NCBI GenBank assembly: GCA_045642495.1
Contig: JAZUJA010000087.1
Span: 1-62,394, forward strand
Length of the DNA stretch: 62,394 nucleotides
Direction of reading: 5' to 3'
Origin: Acutalibacteraceae bacterium
Lineage (GTDB): Bacteria; Bacillota; Clostridia; Oscillospirales; Acutalibacteraceae
The notes under the pieces are model-generated. The model had not been told where the DNA came from. It did no database searches and saw only the letters and a list, made by a program, of their open reading frames with translations. Shown here piece after piece: positions 55,165-62,394 of this stretch. Within the stretch, counting starts at the first letter, position 1. Each line of letters begins with the position of its first letter. The position numbers and the translations under genes are program-made.

Positions 55165-56115
55165 TCAAAGTTCCTTAAACTGTTCTTCGCAAATATCAAT
55201 AAAGTCTGCGGCAAAGCGGGATAAATATCTGTCCTTGATATAGCCGATACCGATCGTATCATAGGTTTCTTCGCTTACAAACGGCAGCATATAAACCTTT
55301 TGCTTTATTTCGCTTTCGCCGGCTCCCGGAAATGTATAAAGTGAACGCAGATACATTTCAGGGCAAACGCTAAGCCCCATTCCTTCGGCAGAAAGCGAAA
55401 ACGCGGTTTGAATGTTGCGCGTTTCGGTTTTGATAACGGGACTTATGCCGCATTTGGCAAATTCGCGGTCAACAAGCGTTCTTATGCGCTCGCCGCGGCG
55501 AAGCAAAACAAATGGCAGATCCCGAAACAGAGAAATATCGGGATTTTTGCGATATGATTTTAGTATGCTTTCGGTTTTTTCGCCGAATTTACCGTTCAAA
55601 AGAGCTTTCGGACAAACAAGAAAAATTCGGTCTTTGATAAGCGGCTTCACTTCCGCCGTTTCGGTTAAAAAAGGCATAAATCCTATCATAACATCGATTT
55701 GTCCCTTTGAAAGCCCCTGCTCAAGTTCGCTTGAAGATGCTTCGGTTATGAAAATTTCGGCGTGGGGATATTTTCGGCTGAATTTCGGTACAACAAGCGG
55801 CAAAATCGCTTGTCCGCGCGTATGGGAAACGCCGATACGAAGCTCGCCCGCCCGATTTTCGTTTATATCGTCAATAAGCGTTTCGCCCTGCTTTTTAAGA
55901 CTGATTATCTGCGTGGCGGTTTTAAGAAAACATTTTCCGGAATAGGTGAGCTCAAGCTCCTGCCGGCGCTCAAAAAGGCGACAGTTAAGCTCGGCTTCAA
56001 GCCGCGAAATACTGCCCGAAAGCGCCTGCTGCGAAATATGCAGTCGCTCTGCCGCACGTGTTATATTTTTCTCTTCCGCGGTGCATATAAAATATTCAAG
56101 ATTTTGAAAATTCAT
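55165..56115 (-). CDS. LysR-family transcriptional regulator, divergent from the kor-suc cluster
   Basis: HTH block NLEYFICTAEEKNITRAAERLHISQQALSGSISRLE plus a substrate-binding domain. Start at MNFQ follows GGGAGAGG. Confidence 0.85.
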   Translation of the reverse strand: MNFQNLEYFICTAEEKNITRAAERLHISQQALSGSISRLEAELNCRLFERRQELELTYSGKCFLKTATQIISLKKQGETLIDDINENRAGELRIGVSHTRGQAILPLVVPKFSRKYPHAEIFITEASSSELEQGLSKGQIDVMIGFMPFLTETAEVKPLIKDRIFLVCPKALLNGKFGEKTESILKSYRKNPDISLFRDLPFVLLRRGERIRTLVDREFAKCGISPVIKTETRNIQTAFSLSAEGMGLSVCPEMYLRSLYTFPGAGESEIKQKVYMLPFVSEETYDTIGIGYIKDRYLSRFAADFIDICEEQFKEL

Positions 56116-56172
56116 AAGATCCTCTCCCTGAAATGTATTATACATTATTCGACAATAAATTACAACATTTTT

Positions 56173-56189
56173 ATTGTGGTTAGAACAAT
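56173..56189. promoter_or_regulatory. Candidate LysR binding site (T-N11-A inside the dyad ATTGT-N7-ACAAT)
   Basis: ATTGTGGTTAGAACAAT lies 12 nt upstream of the putative kor -35 element. Confidence 0.4.
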
Positions 56190-56200
56190 TTAATAACTAC

Positions 56201-56229
56201 TTGCAATTGTGCCGCAAAAGTTGTATTAT
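56201..56229 (+). promoter_or_regulatory. Sigma-A-like promoter of korDABC-sucCD
   Basis: TTGCAA (56201-06), 17-nt spacer, TATTAT (56224-29). Confidence 0.5.
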
Positions 56230-56285
56230 GTATAAGGCATAAATTATAATCTTTATAATAATCTTATGAAAGGAAGGCTTTTTCT

Positions 56286-56480
56286 ATGAAGAAAGAATTA
56301 GTCATCAACACCGCTTGGTGCAAAGGCTGCGGAATATGCGCTGCATTTTGCCCCAAAGGTGCGCTCGAAGTAGTCGGCGAAAAGGTTAAGCGCGTTGAAG
56401 GCGCAGACTGCATTATGTGCGGTATGTGCGAACAGCGTTGCCCCGATTACGCAATATTCGTTAAGGAGGAAAATGAATAA
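56286..56480 (+). CDS. korD: 2-oxoacid:ferredoxin oxidoreductase delta subunit (2x[4Fe-4S] ferredoxin-like)
   Basis: CKGCGICAAFCP and CIMCGMCEQRCP motifs. First gene of the four-subunit cluster. Confidence 0.8.
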   Translation: MKKELVINTAWCKGCGICAAFCPKGALEVVGEKVKRVEGADCIMCGMCEQRCPDYAIFVKEENE

Positions 56481-57607
56481 TGGCTAAAACTGTATTGATG
56501 CAGGGTAATGAGGCTTGCGTTGAAGGCGCTATTGCAGCAGGAATGCGTTTTTATGCCGGTTATCCTATCACTCCGTCCACCGAAATTGCCGAAGTCAGCG
56601 CTGTAAGACTTCCCCAAGTCGGCGGTAAATTTATCCAGATGGAAGATGAAATTGCTTCTATCGCTTGCGCTATCGGCGCTTCCACAACAGGTACTAAATC
56701 CATGACTGCAACAAGCGGCCCCGGATTTTCACTCAAGCAGGAAAACTTAGGTTATGCCTGCCTCGCTGAAATCCCGCTCGTTTTGATTGATGTTCAGCGT
56801 TCAGGACCCTCCACCGGTCTTCCCACATCTCCTTCTCAGGCAGATGTTATGATGGCAAAGTGGGGCACTCACGGTGATCACCCGATGATCGCTATCGCTC
56901 CTGCTTCCGTTAAGGAATGCTATGACCTTGCGATCCGTTGCTTCAACCTTGCTGAAAAGTATCGCACACCGGTTATTTTCCTTACCGATGAAATCGTAGG
57001 CCACCTTCGTGAAGGTATCGAAATCCCCGAGAATGTTGAAATTGTAAACCGTCCTTCTGTGGATAACCCCTCCGCTAAGGAAGCTCCTTACAAAATCGCT
57101 CCCGGTCAGCTCGTTCCCAAGATGGCTCCGTTCGGTCAGGGTCAGAGATATAACATCACAGGCCTTCTCCATGATGAAACCGGCTTCCCCACCAATGATA
57201 ACGGCATTGCCGGTGATCTTGTTGAGCGTATCATGAAAAAGATCGATGATAACTATGATGATATCGTTCAGGTTGAAGAAATGAATATGGAAGATGCCGA
57301 GGTTGCAATTTATTGCTTCGGCGGCACAACAAGAGCTGCAATAACCGCTATGGAAGAAGCAAGAGCAAAGGGTATCAAGTGCGGTATTTTCCGCCCGATC
57401 ACCATTTGGCCTTTCGCTGAAAAAGAGCTTAAAGCAGCATCCAAAAACTTAAAGAAAATCGTTGTTGCCGAGCATAACTACGGTCAGCTTGTTAATGAAG
57501 TTCGCCGTGTTGCCGGTGATACTTGCAAGATTGGCTTTGTAGGTAAGTGGGACGGTACAGTTATCACTCCGCAGGAAATTCTTGCTGAAATCGAAAAGGA
57601 GGGTTAA
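56480..57607 (+). CDS. korA: 2-oxoglutarate/2-oxoacid:ferredoxin oxidoreductase alpha subunit
   Basis: MQGNEACVEGAIAAGMRFYAGYPITPSTEI is the typical OFOR alpha N-terminus. TAATG overlap with korD. Confidence 0.85.
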   Translation: MAKTVLMQGNEACVEGAIAAGMRFYAGYPITPSTEIAEVSAVRLPQVGGKFIQMEDEIASIACAIGASTTGTKSMTATSGPGFSLKQENLGYACLAEIPLVLIDVQRSGPSTGLPTSPSQADVMMAKWGTHGDHPMIAIAPASVKECYDLAIRCFNLAEKYRTPVIFLTDEIVGHLREGIEIPENVEIVNRPSVDNPSAKEAPYKIAPGQLVPKMAPFGQGQRYNITGLLHDETGFPTNDNGIAGDLVERIMKKIDDNYDDIVQVEEMNMEDAEVAIYCFGGTTRAAITAMEEARAKGIKCGIFRPITIWPFAEKELKAASKNLKKIVVAEHNYGQLVNEVRRVAGDTCKIGFVGKWDGTVITPQEILAEIEKEG

Positions 57608-57611
57608 GACA

Positions 57612-58469
57612 ATGGTTGATATGACAAATGTTTCAAAGAAAACGGTCAACACCTCCGACCTTGTCTATAAATATATGCGTCCTGAGCACCTTCCCCATAT
57701 TTGGTGCCCCGGCTGCGGCAACGGTATCATCATGCATGCTGTTGCTCAGGCAATGGAAAACATCGGACTTGACAGAAATAAAACCGTAATCGTTTCAGGT
57801 ATCGGTTGTTCAAGCCGTGCTGCAGGTTATATGGATTGCAGCACACTTCACACAACTCACGGTCGTGCAATCGCTTTTGCAACAGGCATTAAGCTTGCTC
57901 ATCCTGAGCTTGAGGTTATCGTTCTCACCGGTGACGGTGACTCTTCCGCTATCGGCGGTAACCACCTTATCCACGCTTCCCGCCGCAACATCGGTCTTAC
58001 CGTTGTTGTTATGAACAACAATATTTACGGTATGACCGGCGGTCAGTATTCTCCGACCACTCCTCGTATGGAATTCGGTACAACTGCTCCTTACGGCAAC
58101 CTTGACCGTAGCTTCGATGTTGCAGGTCTTGCACGTGCAGCAGGCGCTACATATACCGCAAGAAGCACTGTTTTCCATGCTCCCCAGCTTGCAAAACTTA
58201 TTGAAAACGGTATTCGTCATAAGGGCTTCTCCCTTGTTGAAGTTTGCGCTCTCTGCCCCACTTATTACGGCAGAAAGAATAAAAAGGGCAGCGCTGTTGA
58301 TATGATGAAATATTTAAGAGATAATTCAGTTCCGGTTGAAAAGGCAAAGACAATGTCAAGCGAAGAACTCGCAGGAAAGATCGTTACAGGTCTCTTCAAT
58401 GATGAGCAGTTCCCCGAATACACCGCTGAATATGATGCTCTTATCGAAAGAGTTAAGGAGGGCAAATAA
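57612..58469 (+). CDS. korB: 2-oxoglutarate/2-oxoacid:ferredoxin oxidoreductase beta subunit (TPP-binding)
   Basis: WCPGCGNG cluster motif and TPP motif GDGDSSAIGGNH...NNNIYGMTGGQ. Start at MVDM follows AAGGAGGG. Confidence 0.85.
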   Translation: MVDMTNVSKKTVNTSDLVYKYMRPEHLPHIWCPGCGNGIIMHAVAQAMENIGLDRNKTVIVSGIGCSSRAAGYMDCSTLHTTHGRAIAFATGIKLAHPELEVIVLTGDGDSSAIGGNHLIHASRRNIGLTVVVMNNNIYGMTGGQYSPTTPRMEFGTTAPYGNLDRSFDVAGLARAAGATYTARSTVFHAPQLAKLIENGIRHKGFSLVEVCALCPTYYGRKNKKGSAVDMMKYLRDNSVPVEKAKTMSSEELAGKIVTGLFNDEQFPEYTAEYDALIERVKEGK

Positions 58470-58470
58470 T

Positions 58471-59004
58471 ATGAGCAGAATGGATATCAGACTCGCCGGT
58501 TCAGGCGGTCAGGGCGTTATTCTTGCAACCGTTATTCTTGCCGAGGCAGCAGTTATTGCCGGTAAATATACCGCGCAGAGCCAGTCCTACGGTCCTGAGG
58601 CAAGAGGAGGCGCCTGCAAGGCAGAGGTTATCGTTTCCGATGATAAGATCGGTTTCACAAAGGTTCAAAAGCCGTCCTTCCTTATGGCACTCACACAAAA
58701 ATCTCTTGATAAATATGCGGTAAATCTTCCGAAAGAGTGCATCGTTCTTGTTGACGATAAGCTTGAAGTTTCCGCAGAGCTTGAAGCAAACAATAAGGTA
58801 GTTAAGCTCCCCATCCTTTCAACCGCTGTTGAAAAGGTCGGCAAGGCTTTCACCGCAAACATTGTTGCTGTCGGCGCTATCAATAAGCTCTTAAATCTTG
58901 TTGATAATGAAGAACTTAAAAAAGCTGTATTTATGCACATACCGAAGGGTACAGAAGCTATCAACGAAAAAGCTCTTCTTGCCGGTATGGAACTTATAAA
59001 GTAA
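58471..59004 (+). CDS. korC: 2-oxoglutarate/2-oxoacid:ferredoxin oxidoreductase gamma subunit
   Basis: IRLAGSGGQGVILA...SYGPEARGG signature. Start at 58471 follows AAGGAGGG. Confidence 0.85.
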   Translation: MSRMDIRLAGSGGQGVILATVILAEAAVIAGKYTAQSQSYGPEARGGACKAEVIVSDDKIGFTKVQKPSFLMALTQKSLDKYAVNLPKECIVLVDDKLEVSAELEANNKVVKLPILSTAVEKVGKAFTANIVAVGAINKLLNLVDNEELKKAVFMHIPKGTEAINEKALLAGMELIK

Positions 59005-59020
59005 GAAAGGATTAAAACGA

Positions 59021-60184
59021 ATGAAAATTCATGAGTATCAGGCAAAAGAACTTTTCTTGCAGTATGGCATTCCCACCGGCACAGGTGTTGTTTGCGAAAC
59101 CGCAGAAGAAGTTTTTGAAGCTGCTAAAGAGATAAATGTGCCTGTTATGGTTAAGGCACAGATTCATTCCGGCGGTCGCGGTAAGGGCGGCGGCGTTAAG
59201 TATGCTGCTACTGCTGATGATGCAAAGGCAATCGCTGAAAAAATGATTGGTATGAATCTTGTTACCAAGCAGACCGGTGAAGAAGGCAAAACCGTTCATA
59301 AGGTTCTTGTTACACCTGCCGGCGAAATCAAGAAAGAATATTATCTTTCAGTTACCGTTGATAACGAGAGCGCAGGCCTTGTTATCATCGCTTCCGGCGA
59401 AGGCGGAACCGAAATTGAAGAGATGGCGGTTAAAACCCCCGAAAAGATCATAAAGGAATATGTTTCAGTTTATGAGGGCTTCCATAACTATAACGGTATT
59501 GAGGTTGCTCGCAGAATGGGTATTCCGGCAGAGCTCACAAAGGATTTTGTTGCATTGCTCAGAAATCTTATTAAGCTCTTTATGGAAAAGAACTGCTCTC
59601 TTGTTGAAATCAACCCGCTTACCATAGACGGAAATGATAAACTTTTCGCTCTTGATGCTAAAATCAACTTTGATGATAACGCTCTTATGCGTCATCCCGA
59701 AATCGTTGAGCTTCGCGATGTTCTTGAAGAGGATCCGAAGGAAGTAAGAGCAAGCGAATTTGATCTTAACTATATTAGCCTTTCGGGCAATATCGGCTGC
59801 CTCGTTAACGGTGCCGGTCTTGCAATGGCAACTATGGATATCATCCAGAAGTTCGGCGGCACTCCCGCAAACTTCCTTGATGTCGGCGGTAGCGCAACAA
59901 CCGAAAGAGTTACAGCTGCATTTGAAATTCTTCTTTCCGACCCGAACGTTAAGGCAATTATGGTTAACATCTTCGGCGGCATTATGAAGTGCGATGTTAT
60001 TGCAGAGGGCGTTGTTGCTGCTGCTAATAAGTTGAGCCTTACAGTTCCGCTCGTTGTTCGTCTTGAGGGTACAAATGTTGAGCGCGGTAAAGAAATTCTT
60101 AATGCTTCCGGTCTTAACATCATTGCCGCTGCTGATATGGCAGACGCGGCGCACAAAGCGGTAGAAGCCGCAAAGGAGGCGTAA
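59021..60184 (+). CDS. sucC: Succinate--CoA ligase (ADP-forming) beta subunit
   Basis: [12 protein letters not shown] start, ATP-grasp fold and the [18 protein letters not shown] block. Confidence 0.9.
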   Translation: MKIHEYQAKELFLQYGIPTGTGVVCETAEEVFEAAKEINVPVMVKAQIHSGGRGKGGGVKYAATADDAKAIAEKMIGMNLVTKQTGEEGKTVHKVLVTPAGEIKKEYYLSVTVDNESAGLVIIASGEGGTEIEEMAVKTPEKIIKEYVSVYEGFHNYNGIEVARRMGIPAELTKDFVALLRNLIKLFMEKNCSLVEINPLTIDGNDKLFALDAKINFDDNALMRHPEIVELRDVLEEDPKEVRASEFDLNYISLSGNIGCLVNGAGLAMATMDIIQKFGGTPANFLDVGGSATTERVTAAFEILLSDPNVKAIMVNIFGGIMKCDVIAEGVVAAANKLSLTVPLVVRLEGTNVERGKEILNASGLNIIAAADMADAAHKAVEAAKEA

Positions 60185-60188
60185 TAGA

Positions 60189-61091
60189 ATGAGTATTCTT
60201 ATAAATAAAGACTCCAAGGTTATCGTTCAGGGTATAACCGGCGGTCAGGGTAAATTTCACACCGAGCAGATGCTCGCTTACGGTACACAGATCGTCGGCG
60301 GTGTAACACCCGGTAAGGCAGGCCAGGAAGTATGCGGCGTTCCGGTATTCGATACCGTTAAGGAAGCAGTTGCAGCAACCGGCGCAAACGTTTCTATCAT
60401 CTATGTTCCGCCCAAGTTCGCGGCAGACTCTATCTTTGAAGCAATCGATGCAGAGCTTGATCTCGTTGTTTGCATAACAGAGGGCGTTCCGGTTCTTGAT
60501 ATGGCTCGCGTTAAAAATTATATGAAGGGCAAGAAAACAAAGCTTGTCGGCCCCAACTGCCCCGGTCTTATTTCTCCGGGCAAGTCTAAGGTTGGTATTC
60601 TTCCCGGCTATATTCATAAGGAAGGTCACGTTGGTGTTATTTCCCGCTCCGGAACACTCACCTACGAGGCAGTAAATCAGCTTTCTGTACGCAATATCGG
60701 TCAGTCAACCGCTGTTGGTATCGGCGGCGACCCGATCAGAGGTCTCGGCTTTATCGATGTTCTTAAAATGTTCGAGGAAGATGAAGATACCTATGGCGTA
60801 ATCATGATCGGCGAAATCGGCGGCAGCGGCGAAGAAGAAGCTGCTGAGTTTATCCGCGATAATATGACTAAGCCCGTTGCGGCTTTCATTTCCGGTCAGA
60901 CTGCTCCTAAGGGCAAGCGCATGGGTCATGCCGGCGCTATCATTTCGGGCGGCAAGGGAACTGCCGCAGGCAAAATCGCAGCTCTTAAAGAGTGCGGTGT
61001 TGTTGTAGCACCTACACCCGATAAAATCGGTGACGCTTTTGTAGAAGCCGCTAAAAATGCCGGCGTTTACGAAAAGTGCCTTCTTAAATAA
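60189..61091 (+). CDS. sucD: Succinate--CoA ligase alpha subunit
   Basis: VQGITGGQG CoA-binding motif, SRSGTLTYE, and the phosphohistidine loop [14 protein letters not shown]. Confidence 0.9.
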   Translation: MSILINKDSKVIVQGITGGQGKFHTEQMLAYGTQIVGGVTPGKAGQEVCGVPVFDTVKEAVAATGANVSIIYVPPKFAADSIFEAIDAELDLVVCITEGVPVLDMARVKNYMKGKKTKLVGPNCPGLISPGKSKVGILPGYIHKEGHVGVISRSGTLTYEAVNQLSVRNIGQSTAVGIGGDPIRGLGFIDVLKMFEEDEDTYGVIMIGEIGGSGEEEAAEFIRDNMTKPVAAFISGQTAPKGKRMGHAGAIISGGKGTAAGKIAALKECGVVVAPTPDKIGDAFVEAAKNAGVYEKCLLK

Positions 61092-61185
61092 TCTTAAAAT
61101 TTAATAACTGTTGAAGGTAAACTCCGATGGAATATTATTTTTTGTCGGAGTTATGCCTTGCAGAAAATATGGGAGATAATATAAA

Positions 61186-62379
61186 ATGGCTTACATTTCA
61201 AGCGTTGTTGCAAAAATGATCACTCCTATTTTCGTAGTGTTCGTTATTGCATTTATCGGTTACCTTTTGGGTGGCATTACAATTAAGGGAATTTCCCTCG
61301 GCACAGCCGGTGTTCTTGTTATCGCTCTTGTGTTCGGTATTTTGGCTTATGAATTCCCCTCTTTCAAGTTCGGCGATCAGGAAATTGCGCTTTTCAACGA
61401 TTCCATCAAGAGTACGTATAGCTTTGTTTCAAGCTTAGGTACTGCGCTTTTCGTTACGGCGGTTGGTCTTATCGCAGGACCTAAGTTCTTCCGTAACTTC
61501 AATAAAAAATCTATCGGATTTATCCTTATGGGCGTTGTTGTAATCGCTTCCGGTATCGGCATCACAATTCTTTGCATCAAGGCATTCGGCGTTGATAAGA
61601 ATATGGCAGTTGGTCTTATGACCGGCGCCCTCACCTCAACTCCCGGTCTTTCCGCTGCAAAGGAAGCCGCAGGCGAAGCAGGTGAAGCTCTTGTAACCGC
61701 AGGTTACGGTATTGCTTATCTTTTCGGTGTTTTGGGCGTTGTATTCTTCGTTCAGCTTATGCCTAAGTTTGAAAAGATCAATATTGATGAAGAAAGACAG
61801 CACATCATTGCAGCAGGCAATGTTCAGCTTAAAGAAGGCAAAAAGCGTTTCAAGATTGATTCTCTTGATTTCTTCCCCTTTATGCTCACAGTTGCTCTCG
61901 GTATGGTTCTCGGCTCATTCAAAATTCCGGGAATCAACTTCTCACTCGGTTCTTCCGGCGGTACACTTATCGTTGGCCTTATCGTAGGTCACTTCGGTCA
62001 TATCGGCGGCATTGATCTTTCTGTAAGCAAAACAACCCTTAACAGTATGCGCGAGCTCGGTCTTATGCTCTTCCTTATCGGTGCAGGCGTTCCCGGCGGC
62101 GTAAACTTTGTTAAGAATGTTGAAGCTAAATTCTTCCTCTTTGGTGCACTTATCACACTCGTTCCGATGATTATCGGTTACTTCTTCGGTAAGTACATCT
62201 TCAAGTTCAGAATTTTCAACAACCTTGCATCTATCACCGGTGGTATGACATCTACTCCCGCACTCGGAACTCTTATTTCCGTTGCAGGAACCGATGAAAT
62301 TTCCGGTTCTTATGCGGCAACCTATCCTATCGCACTTGTTTTCGTTGTTCTTGCCGCTAAGATCATTATGATGATCTGA
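61186..62379 (+). CDS. AAE-family (aspartate:alanine exchanger / YidE-YbjL-SucE type) permease, short form without central TrkA-C domains
   Basis: Two homologous membrane halves, each starting with the family pattern (FIGYLLGGITIKGISLGTAGVLVIALVFG and ALGMVLGSFKIPGINFSLGSSGGTLIVGLIVGHFG), joined by a linker of only about 40 aa. Confidence 0.65.
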   Translation: MAYISSVVAKMITPIFVVFVIAFIGYLLGGITIKGISLGTAGVLVIALVFGILAYEFPSFKFGDQEIALFNDSIKSTYSFVSSLGTALFVTAVGLIAGPKFFRNFNKKSIGFILMGVVVIASGIGITILCIKAFGVDKNMAVGLMTGALTSTPGLSAAKEAAGEAGEALVTAGYGIAYLFGVLGVVFFVQLMPKFEKINIDEERQHIIAAGNVQLKEGKKRFKIDSLDFFPFMLTVALGMVLGSFKIPGINFSLGSSGGTLIVGLIVGHFGHIGGIDLSVSKTTLNSMRELGLMLFLIGAGVPGGVNFVKNVEAKFFLFGALITLVPMIIGYFFGKYIFKFRIFNNLASITGGMTSTPALGTLISVAGTDEISGSYAATYPIALVFVVLAAKIIMMI

Positions 62380-62394
62380 TTTATATAGCATAAA

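Noticed and set aside
61119-61152. Hairpin AACTCCGA-N17-TCGGAGTT between sucD and the AAE permease gene.
   Set aside because: The stem is only 8 bp with a 17-nt loop and no clear U-tract after it. It is not convincing as a terminator, so I did not list it as a feature. It does leave co-transcription of the permease uncertain.

Overview
This window looks like a chromosomal segment from an endospore-forming Firmicute. The gene content is Clostridia-like: spoIIE, spoVT, a gerA-type operon, a SleC-like cortex-lytic candidate, a ferredoxin-dependent 2-oxoacid oxidoreductase, rubrerythrin and clostridial ferredoxins. The taxon assignment is only an inference from gene content. I support about 66 protein genes, one tRNA-Ala(GGC), one Phe-type T-box leader upstream of pheST, several sigma-A-like promoters, and many intrinsic terminators, several of them shared between convergent genes.

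Most genes are housekeeping:
- Translation: pheST, proS, trpS, prfC, pth, rsmA and a pseudouridine synthase.
- tRNA thiolation: a cysteine desulfurase-thiI pair and a cysK-iscS-iscU-mnmA-rrf2 operon.
- DNA metabolism: mfd, holB and radC.
- Sporulation and germination.
- A ZnuABC-like metal uptake operon.
- A korDABC-sucCD energy module.

I saw no CRISPR array, rRNA, transposase, integrase or clear prophage, and nothing I can defend as a complete new defence-type system. These are the most unusual items:
1. A Doc-like Fic protein at the A+T-rich left edge whose catalytic His is replaced by Gln.
2. A LysR / korDABC / sucCD / short AAE-family permease block that reads as a 2-oxoglutarate-to-succinate ATP-yielding and export module.
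3. A Znu operon with a translationally coupled fourth gene for a CC-motif lipoprotein, preceded by a tiny His/Cys-motif membrane protein.
4. A germinant-receptor operon with a half-length C subunit and a short B-like subunit, next to a SleC-like enzyme.
5. An orphan Wzz/BY-kinase pair converging on a reversed amidase-holin pair that sits directly behind an intrinsic terminator.
6. A similar terminator-before-start-codon leader, with interleaved complementary segments, in front of the alpha-galactosidase gene.
7. A 56-aa 2x[4Fe-4S] ferredoxin gene that is missing from the supplied ORF track.

All family assignments come from motif recognition by eye. No database search was run.
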